This document shows positions 54,801 through 64,000 of a DNA stretch of 64,000 bases, piece by piece. Position 1 is the stretch's first letter. The number at the start of each line of letters is the position of its first letter. The notes beneath the pieces are model-generated. The model had not been told where the DNA came from, made no database searches, and worked only from the letters and a program-made list of their open reading frames with translations. A program made the position numbers and the translations under genes. Source of the stretch: Paraspadella gotoi (taxonomy: Eukaryota > Animalia > Chaetognatha); NCBI GenBank assembly GCA_051294375.1, contig CM119270.1, positions 15,870,081-15,934,080 on the forward strand. Direction: 5' to 3'.

Positions 54801-55551
54801 CTGTTGAAATTATTTAAAGTATTGTGTTAAAAAAAGGGAGACTGTCTAATATATATATATACAGCTAATATATCAAATAATATCAAGAGCACCGACATTG
54901 TTCTTATTTTTGTTTAAAGTTTTTATTCTAATTTACATTAACGTATTTAGTAACTTCATTCCTTAATTTCTTCTACTCTCCTACACAAAACCTGTGAAAA
55001 AAGTCTTGCCTCCGATTATTATTTTTTTTTTAATTTTGAAATTAATTTGTTTCTTTCTGGTAGTAGAATTCCTATGTGTAATACCATTAAATATATATTA
55101 TAAAAAATCTAAAAAATACTTTTCCAATTATTGATGTTTAAAAAACCGAATTCTCGGCATTTTTAAGTTATATTTTTTTTATTTTCCCTTTATAACTTTG
55201 AAAATAATGTAAACTAATGTACATATTTAGATTTTTCCAATTGTACTTAAATGATAGTATTTCTTACGCTTTTTCTTTGTTTCAATTTAATAAACTACAA
55301 ATTGTAACATATTTCTACATTTCACTATAATTCCTAATCCAATACAATAGAGAAAGAATCGTCTAGACCAATCAAGTGTAACAAAGAAACTCTGCCTCTG
55401 ATTGACCGAGAAAGAATCGTCTAGGCCAATCAATATGATAGAACTATGAAATTTTGCCTTTTTACTCTCGCCAGTGATCCAATGTCATTCATAGAACCCT
55501 CTTTATTGCAACCCGTTTTCATTGCAACAAATTCTCCAAGAGATTCCTCAC

Positions 55552-55666
55552 CTTGAAGGAGTATATTTGCTGTTTTTAATCCAATCTTGACAAGGTTGCC
55601 CAGAAGTTGTGGTGGACAGGGCGCCACGGTAGTCTTTCCCTTTGGAATCTGTGAAACATTCCTTGC
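55552..55666 (-). CDS. Kringle domain first half
   Basis: cttcag| and |gtgagg boundaries; KECFTDSKGKDYRGALSTTTSGQPCQDWIKNSKYTPS contains the C..G.DYRG..S.T.SG..CQ.W motif; phase 1 to 2. Confidence 0.93.
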
Positions 55667-55696
55667 CTGAAGATGGGAAGGATGAAAAGAATTATT

Positions 55697-55753
<57 letters not shown>

Positions 55754-55835
55754 TTTGGAGAGTTTGGAGATACAGTGAGAGAGAGAGAGAAATACAGAGA
55801 CAGAGAAAGAATGAGAGTATCACAAAGAAACTCAC

Positions 55836-55990
55836 GTTTCTTTTCTTCGCTAGAACAGACTTCACTTCACAAGCGAGAAAATCAGGAAACACGAGGGTTA
55901 TATCGCTCGTGAGTTTTTATTGCGTCGCCTTGATGCCTTCCTTCACAAGAGATTCTTACCCGACTGTCCCCACGCTTTTTGTACGTGGGA
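55836..55990 (-). CDS. F-type-lectin-like (FTP) domain C-terminal exon, noisy copy
   Basis: Indel-rich copy of 62698-62847; |gtgagt donor lies just upstream of the kringle exon. Confidence 0.7.
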
Positions 55991-56849
55991 CTGTGATAGA
56001 TAGGATTCTTGTCATCATTAATTAATTAATTTATTATGGCATGACAGGCTAACACTTATTAAATTCTTTACACCGCGCCAATGAGTTGAAGCCTCAGACT
56101 ACGGAATATCGAATAGTGATTGGAGCTCCACTAATGGTATGTTCAAGATGATCTAGAATTTATCAGGAAAGTATAAGAAAGATTTTGTTTTTTGTGTTGT
56201 CAATGTATCTGAGAGCGTCTATTATGTTAGTGAATCGTACAATGTTTCGGTTTTTACTTTGGGCATCAAAGACCTCTTTATCATCCAGCGAATAGAAGTG
56301 TACAATTTAGGTGAAAAGATGTAGAGAGAAGAAAGAAACATGAGAACTCTCGCTTGCCTCTTACGCAAGTTCGTTATGAAGTTAAGATCAAATCTCTCGT
56401 ATATCACACATTTCACATAAATAAATGGCACCTATGTCACGCTGAATCGAGAAGGTTTGAAGACAAAACGCTGAACAGTGTTACTGATTCACTAGAATTA
56501 AGACGTCAAAGGAGTTAGAGAGACTAGACTTCTACTTTGTAAACTAATTTCTTAGCAAAACCACAACCAAACTAAAGAATTTTTTTCAAAAGAAAAAAAA
56601 ATTGTTAAAATTGTATCTTAACTGGCATAAACGTGGATGAATTCTGCCACCCCCCTCATGTTGACAAAACGAAGGTTCAAAAAATGTGTGAGTTTATTAA
56701 GAAAAATGCCGATCTCGGGCTAATTGGCATAATATCTCTGTGCATAGCATGCGCCATATCAACGATCTAAAAAGACCCTAGTAATATTTTAAACGATCTT
56801 TTCTACCCATTCCCGTATATTTGAGTTGGACGGAGTTTTGCTGTGTATC

Positions 56850-57025
56850 CTGCTCGCACTCACACAATAATCCATCCAACAGGTATTATCCTCGTAACTG
56901 CTTGAATAACTAGACTGCGCAGTTTCCAGGGCGGTAAATTAATGGCTGAGATGGCAATCACAACTCCTTCTCGCTTCCGCTGTAACGCGCGTTCCCAGAG
57001 ACTACATCTAATGACGATGCGCAAC
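56850..57025 (-). CDS. F-type-lectin-like domain middle exon, very noisy copy (approximate bounds)
   Basis: Recognisable similarity to 63505-63625, for example the shared ccttctcgcttccgctgtaac. Confidence 0.5.
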
Positions 57026-57534
57026 TGATAGAACGAAATTCAACTATATCAAAATAGCAAATAAAAAGGGTTCATATATATACTCAAAAAAAGAGGCCAC
57101 AGACACGGGATTACACCTCGCTCCACACGGAATTTCCGCTCCTTACACACACGCGAATGGATACTTTCCTCGGTTATATTGAAAATTACTACCACTCTGT
57201 TGAGCGGAATTCCCTCTCACGAGGGAATTCTCCGCACTAACGAGAATTTCTTCTCCTATCGATTTTGTGTGGATTCCTCCCATCGGGATTCACTCACCGT
57301 TGTTTCTATGTTTGCGTGGTAAATTGTCTAGTAAGAGGACAATGTCTCGGGTCATTCATTTTGTTAGATGATAATGATTATTGGGTAAGAGAAATGGTTC
57401 TAGAATATGGCCTCCCACATGGATTCCTCCACCTCGGGTTTCACACGAGCCTCCACACAAAATTCCTCCTCAAGGATTTCCTCACACACGGGATTTCTAC
57501 CTCAAGGAATTCCTCACAAAGAATTCCTCCCCAC

Positions 57535-58153
57535 TAAGGCGTAGTAAAATTCCTAAGTTTAACTTTAATTAAAATTCTAAAAGTGAGGACGAAACAACAT
57601 TATACTTATGAACATTTTATGTATAACATAAAAAATTTATAATAAATTTTACAATTTACGCAGTAGGCCAATATTTATAATAGTACTAAACCAATAAATG
57701 TTAAAATTCAAAACAGTTTTTTTCTAAGATTTTTTTGCAGATTTGGATTCGTCATAAAAAGTTGATAAAAAAGAAAATAACTCTTTTTGAAAAATTCCTT
57801 CATTAAGCTGGTCAAAAATTAGAAAAGCTATATATTAAACTGAAATTTTAACTTTTTATATATTAAATATAGTTTTTTTAATTTTTAACCTACTTAATGA
57901 AAGAATTTTTAAAAAGAATTAATTTTCTTTTATCAACTTTTGACGAGGAATTCAAATCTGCAATCAAAATTAAAAAAAGCCTATTTTGAAAATTTTTCGA
58001 TTTTATAAGGATAGTACTATATATATAAATAAGCCTACTGCGCGAATTAAAAAAACATAAAATTAATTTTTTTTACAAATTAATGTTCACTGATGGTATG
58101 TTGTTCATAATTGACTTTTTAGAATTTTTGTATGTAACTTTCACTACGCCTTA
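57535..58153. mobile_element. Fold-back MITE, copy 1
   Basis: Termini taaggcgtagt / actacgcctta; the two halves are imperfect inverted repeats; absent from the paralogous site at about 63910. Confidence 0.8.
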
Positions 58154-58253
58154 CTCCCCACGTGATTCCTCCCGCACTGGATTCCCCCAACGCGGGATTC
58201 CTCCCACACGGGATTTCTCCCACACGAGATTCCTCCCCAAGGGAAGTCCTCAC

Positions 58254-58851
58254 TAAGGCGTAGTAAATTTCTAAATTTAACTTTAATTAAAATTTTAAAA
58301 GTCGGAACGAACAACATTATACAAATGAATATATGTAATAAAAAAATTTAGAATAAATTTTACAATTTACGCAGTAGGCCATATTTATACGAGTACTTAA
58401 ACCAATTAATGTTAAAAATTTCAAAACAGTTTTTTCTAAGATTTTTTGCAGATTTGGATTTGTCATAAAAAGTTGGTAAAAAGAAATATAACTCTTTTTG
58501 AAAAATTCTTCATTAAGTGGGTTAAAAATTAGAATAAGCATATATTTAAAGCGAATTTTATATAATTAATATTAGTTTTTTTAATTTTTATACCACTTAA
58601 TGATATAATATTTTAAAAATGATTTATATTTTTTTATTAAACTTTTGACGAGGAATTCAAATCTGCAATCAAAATTAAGAACAGCCTATTTTGATAATTT
58701 TTGATTTTATAAGGATAGTACTACATATAAATATAGCTACTGCGAAAATTAAAAAACATAAAATTAATTTTTTTACAAATTAATGTTCACTGATGTATGG
58801 TTATCATAATTGCTTTTAGATTTTGTATGTAACTATTATACTACGTCCTTA
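58254..58851. mobile_element. Fold-back MITE, copy 2
   Basis: Same termini (taaggcgtagt ... actacgtcctta) and full-length similarity to copy 1. Confidence 0.78.
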
Positions 58852-60490
58852 TTCGCATCTACATTCGTTGATCATTTTAACGCAGATATTCCCTCCATGC
58901 AGAATTCCTCCTCAAATAATTCCTCCCCAATGGGATTCCTCGCATGCAAGGAATCCCGTGTGGGAGGAATATACTAGAGCCACCCAAAAAAATAATATAT
59001 TTACAAATAGGAATATACAAAATAATAATTGAAAATTATTTTAAAACTTTTAATGATACTACTAATTGTTACAACTCTGTAAATCTAAAAAAGTATCTTT
59101 TTTATAACCCTTTATTTTTTCTCTTACTTTGAAACTTTTTGAGAGGGAAATTTTGACATCTCGGAGATTAAGCGTCGAATGGCATGTTAATTTTTTGTTC
59201 TGAAAAGTTTTATGTAAAGGTACATTTTAATACCAAAAAGCATTGTCATTAAATCAAATGTCTGAATTCAGAGATGGGAAGCGATTCAGATTTTCGCCGC
59301 TGCCATCCGGGCTTCCAAGACCCTCCGTGCTCCCGTTTTCGGGGTGCAATCCTTACTTTTTTTAGCCCCGGATCGCTTTTCGTGTTTCGAAGTGCAACTA
59401 TCGCTTCTTTCTTCTTTATAAATTTTACATTTGTTATTATTTATAAAAATACTACATCTTTAGACATGTAATATTGGTAGTATAAGAATAATTTTACACT
59501 TTGTGTAATCAAATAACAAGTAAAATTTTACTATGAAAAATTGTAAGATTTAGTAAGAATTCGATAAGAATCGTTCGATTGTGAGGAAATGAGTTATAAT
59601 ATAAAGAAAAAAACAAAAAACCTTTTACCCCTATTTGCTTTTTTATTTTTTATTAAATATAAACAAAGCTAGCATTAATTATTCAATTTAATCACAACAA
59701 TCAATCAATTAACTAAACAACTAATCAATCAAAAACACTTAAAAAATTAATGAATCATTTTTTATCAATCAATCAATAAATAATCAATATTAATTCCAAT
59801 ATCTATATTGATAAATTTATTTCATCATAATATTTTAAAAGAACCAATTAATTAATCAATTAATTAATCAATCATAAAGTATGTCAGAAAAAATATAGTA
59901 CAAATATAACCTGAACATTTCCGGAATATGAATTTATTTTTTATTTGATCAATTTCAATATTCTCAATTAATCATATCATAATCACAGGTAGTCATTTCT
60001 TTTGTCATATAATAAACAAAGACAAAAACAAACAAGTTTCTGACGCTAAAATGCCAAGAACTGATCAGTTAATTAATTTATTCAATCAATTAATCAATAT
60101 ATTCAATCAGTCATCAAAATAATTAAGCAATCAATTCAATTTGTCATACGTCATCGGTTATCATTGTCGTGGTTGCCATCATTAATTATTTAATTAATTA
60201 AACTCCTTCAACTCTTGTTTGTACATTGCAAAGAGAATGTATCTTTTATATATTATCCCTGTTGTTTTGTTTCTCGTCCTCTCTCTACATCTCTCTCTCT
60301 CTCTCTTCTTCTACCAAGTTTCACTTCTTTTCACAATCACATCATCTGCCCTTACCTCAACTGTCTCTCACATCTGACCACTATTCTGTCTCACACTTTG
60401 TTGGAAAAACTTTTACCTCTATCTCTCTTCTTTCTCTCTCTCTCTCTCTCACACTCTCTTTTACACAAATTTATTATTGAATGTCATATG

Positions 60491-60527
60491 CTGATGAAGG
60501 CTTGAAGTAAACAAGCCAAAACATGTC
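60491..60527 (+). ncRNA. Degenerate hammerhead motif of the same family
   Basis: CTGATGA-a-GGCTTG-aagtaaa-CAAGCC-AAAA-CAT-GTC; stem II covaries with the other copies, but the core GAAA reads AAAA. Confidence 0.4.
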
Positions 60528-60943
60528 CAACAATTAATTAAAATCGTTGTTTACAAATTCAAAATCTTTGCTTTCTCTAAATTAACTACTGTACTACGGG
60601 CTCACGCACAAGTAAAGACTTCGTCGTGTTTTCGTCATTGTATTCATCGTCATTGTCATCTTTGTTCAAATCATTTGAGCTCCAATGTTCGATTGTTATT
60701 ATTTAATAAATTAATATGTAATTATTAATAATTTATTTTTTTTCAATTAATTAATTTCATTAATTACCGCTAATGACGTGAGGGCAGATCCGGCATTGTT
60801 TGCTCAAACTTGTTTATTAATAATTTTGATTTATTTATTTTAATATATTTTTTAGAGATTTAAGATGCTATATAAGCATAATATATGCCAATTATTGCCA
60901 ATAAAACAGATCAATCTTTTGGTTTAAAACTTGTTTGTAAATA

Positions 60944-62605
60944 AAGTTTGCGCAAAACAAATGTCGATACTGCCTACGAACTCCACTCTCACTCGGTAAT
61001 TAATTTAATAATAATAATTAATTATTAATTAAACTAATATAATTAATTAATAATTATTAAGATTAATTTAAATTTTATATTCAGCTTTGTCATTAATCGA
61101 TGTCCTTAAAATTGAGTCAAGGACAGTTATAAATGTTTTGCTTACATTTTATCAAAAACAAAACAAATACTCCTCTATTATGAGCCAGGCGGCAAGCCCG
61201 TCCTGGCTAGATTTTGATTCGGTTTAGCTTTCGTCCTCCAGCTTTTTTGCATCATGGCTTCTGAAAAATGTGATTATCATAGGGAGTTTGAATTTTCATA
61301 TATGGCTTCTAATCATCAAAGATTTTAAGAAAATTCTCATGTTTCATTCATCAATATTGCGTATTTGTTTAATGTGTTTTTTTACAAAACAAAAACGTTT
61401 TAAATTATATGTCGCTCTCTCTCTTCGTCTCTCTTTTTTCGTCCGTCACTGCTTCTGATTTGTCTAAAACGAGTTCCGGCTCGTGCAGGCGTCCCTGTCC
61501 GAAGCTTTTTCCTCATCTCTCTCTCTTCACCTCAATCTCTCGCTGTTCTCATCTCTCCTCTCTCTCGGTCTTTCTCTCTCAGATTTTTTTTTTCAAAATT
61601 TTTTAGATATAATGTTGGTGAGTCTCAAACTAATGTAAAAAACGATGTCGCGAACCGTGGGCGCGAACTCCGGTCCTTTTGGTAAAGAAATCCATCTCAC
61701 GCGACGGGTTGCGGCGCCATAAAGTACTGCTGATTCTTTAACGAGTAAAAGGGGGCTGTAGAGCTTCTCTCTCTCTTCTGTCTTTTAATTATTATAATAT
61801 CGCTCTTTCTCTTTCTCTTTTTTCTCTGCAGCGTGCTGTGTCAACTTGCTTCTCTCTCTCTTCTTATTCTCTCTCTCTCTCTCTCTTCTTCTCGTTTGCT
61901 GTCCTTTCTCTCTTACGATCTTCTGCGTGATCGTTCGTTTTTTTGAATAAAAATTTCTGATTATTTTTTCCTTCTAAAAAACTTTTATTATTGTCCGATT
62001 TTATTCGCGCGCTTTTTCAATACAAAATCTACATATCTCATCCGAGATATATTTCGTGCGGATATTTATTCTCTGTTTTCTTTCACTCTCGTCTCTCTCT
62101 CTCTTTCTTTATGTTTCTCTCTCTCTTTCCTCTCTACTTTCTCCGTACTCTCTCTCTTCTCTCTCGTCTCTCCTTTCTCTCTCTCTCTTTCCTCACTACA
62201 CGCATGTTGTTTGCTTTTAATTGACTATCATTCGCATCAAATGAATGACAATCGATCTCATCAAATGAATGACAATCATCGCATCAACTGAATGACTATC
62301 ACTCAAAGCAGTGAATGACTATATCGCGATCAATAAATTGATTATCATCAGCAATAATTCAATTTCCTATTACAATCAATAAACTAACTATTTACAATCA
62401 ATCAATTAGTATTACCTTATCAATCAATTACTATTCAGTCATAATTAGTTATCGCATGATTCATTCGGTTTTTTTCCCGTTTTTTTTCATTAATTTTTGC
62501 TATGATACGTGGGCTCTGGCTCGATCTTTATGTCTTTTAAGATTTTTTTTATTTTATGTCTCCTTCTCTCTCTCTCTCTCTCTCACTCTCCTCTCTCTGC
62601 TCTCG
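60944..62605 (-). mobile_element. Inverted partial copy of the 37451-40228 element (matches about 38750-40225); a further forward 3' end lies at 60783-60814
   Basis: Reverse-complement matches such as gtgggctctggctcgatc versus gatcgagccagagcccac, and ggacagttata versus ataactgtcc. Confidence 0.75.
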
Positions 62606-62697
62606 NNNNNNNNNNNNNNNNNNNNNNNNNGAGATACAGTGAAAGAGAGAGAAATACAGAGACAGAGAAAGAATGAGAGTATCACAAAGAAACTCAC

Positions 62698-62847
62698 GTT
62701 TTTCTTCGACTAGAAAGACTTCAACTTCACAAGCGAGAAAAATAGGAACACGTGGGTTTATCCTCGTGAGTTTTATTGCGTCGCCTTTGATGCCTTCCTT
62801 TCCACAAGAGATTCTTACCGAACTGTCCCCGCTTTTGTACGTGTGGA
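62698..62847 (-). CDS. F-type-lectin-like (FTP) domain C-terminal exon, clean copy
   Basis: 150 nt open, phase 1 to 1: VHTYKSGDSSVRISCGKEGIKGDAIKLTRINPRVPIFLACEVEVFLVEEK. The ..C....G..(V/I).L...CEVEV ending is typical of F-type lectin/FTP domains. Confidence 0.78.
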
Positions 62848-63037
62848 CTGAATAGATAGGATTTTGTCATCATTAATTAATTTAATTTATGATTTATTAA
62901 TTGGCATGACAGGCTAACACTTTAAATTTTACCGCCATAGCCTCACTAAGTAAACAAAGTAAACAAGTTTTCAAGAATGATGTCTAGTTTACAAAGTAGA
63001 AGATTTTTGTTTTCTTTTGACAACGTTTAGTTTAGTG

Positions 63038-63082
63038 AATCGTACATGTTTCGGTTTTTACTTCAAACCTTCATCAGCGAAT
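63038..63082 (-). ncRNA. Minimal type-I hammerhead ribozyme motif (Penelope-like-element type)
   Basis: attcg-CTGATGA-a-GGTTT-gaagtaa-AAACC-GAAA-CAT-GTA-cgatt: catalytic core, stem II, palindromic ACATGT stem III and partial stem I. Confidence 0.6.
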
Positions 63083-63185
63083 AAGACAATTTGTGAAAGA
63101 GAGAGAGAGAAAGAAAAGAAACTTTCTCTCCCTCCGTCCCTTTATTTAACAATCTCTCTATTTCAAATTTCACAAATTGCCTTAT

Positions 63186-63226
63186 GCGCTGATGAAGGTT
63201 TGAAACAAAAACCGAAACGTGTACTA
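63186..63226 (+). ncRNA. Second hammerhead motif in inverted orientation
   Basis: CTGATGA-a-GGTTT-gaaacaa-AAACC-GAAA-CGT-GTA; stem I is weak. Confidence 0.5.
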
Positions 63227-63504
63227 TTCACTAAATTAAACGTCAAAAGAAAACTACTTCTACTTTGTAAACTAATTTTCAAACAACAAACTAAGAATTT
63301 TTTCAAAGAAAAAAAAATTGTAAAATTGTATCTTAACTGATAAAGTGATGAATTCTGCCCCCCCCCTCATGTGAGACCCAAGGTTCAAAATTGTGTTTGA
63401 AATATGCCATCGGGCAATGGCAAAACATCGCATAGCATGGCCCATATCAACCATAAAGTCGTTTTAAGATCTTTTCCTACCCATCCTTTGGTTGAGGATT
63501 GTAC

Positions 63505-63625
63505 CCTCCCCCACAATATCCAACGGCTTTATCCTTCTCTAAAACTGTGATGCGCAGCGGTAAATTATGGATGAATAATCCCTTCTCGCTTCCGCTGTAA
63601 CCGTTCCAGAGTCTGATGGATCCAA
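63505..63625 (-). CDS. F-type-lectin-like domain middle exon, clean copy
   Basis: ttttcag| acceptor; GSIRLWNGYSGSEKGLFIHNLPLRITVLEKDKAVGYCG fits the FTP pattern I.N...L.I.V...C. One extra G in a homopolymer is needed to explain the exit phase. Confidence 0.65.
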
Positions 63626-63676
63626 CTGAAAATGAAAAATTTCAATGAAAAAGGTCAAATATTCAAAAAAAATCCA

Positions 63677-64000
63677 GCGGGATTCCTCCCACACGGGATT
63701 CCTCCCCGCAGGATTCCTCCCCATGAAATTACTCCCACACGGAATTCCTCTCACGAGGAATTCCTCCCACACGGCATTTCTCCCACATGGGATTCCTCCC
63801 ATCGGGATTACACTCACGCAGAATGCCTCCCACACAAAATTCCTCCTCAAGGATTTCCTCACACACGGGATTTCTACCTCAAGGAATTCCTCATCAAAGA
63901 ATTCCTCCCCAGTCCCCACGTGATTCCTCCCGCACTGGATTCCCCCAACGCGGGATTCCTCCCACACGGGATTTCTCCCACACGGATTCCTCCCCAAGGA
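63677..64000. repeat. Satellite of about 19-20 bp (ggattcctcccacac...); also at 57100-57534, 58154-58253 and 58890-58970
   Basis: Recurrent gggattcctcccacac units. Confidence 0.9.

Larger units (their letters stand above)
62631..64000 (+). repeat. Direct duplicate of about 55770-58240, lacking the MITE
   Basis: Begins immediately after the 25-N gap; colinear. Confidence 0.9.

Overview
AT-rich, microsatellite-rich eukaryotic DNA, most likely an invertebrate metazoan, from a low-quality long-read gap-filled assembly: several multi-kb blocks appear twice, one copy riddled with 1-bp indels, and five 25-N placeholder gaps occur, several at block junctions. Most ORFs in the supplied track are microsatellite noise. 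The real genes are spliced, and I reconstructed them by hand from GT-AG boundaries and exon phases, with family assignments from recalled sequences, not database searches. (1) Two internal exons of CADPS/unc-31 on the + strand. (2) An ECT2/Pebble-like DH-PH RhoGEF on the - strand, apparently inside a CADPS intron; no BRCT exons were found, and its most 5' phase-compatible exon encodes a double hydrophobic (transmembrane-like) segment. (3) The 3' part of an F-type-lectin-like + kringle gene on the - strand. (4) An unidentified, frameshifted spliced coding region with a repeated KWKLWIxD motif. Mobile and non-coding content: a Helentron-associated (HINE/DINE-1-like) family with a filled/empty site pair, two fold-back MITEs inserted in a ~20-bp satellite, a tRNA-Gly-like SINE head, minimal hammerhead ribozyme motifs of the Penelope type, and several minisatellites. 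No CRISPR array, rRNA or prokaryotic system was seen.
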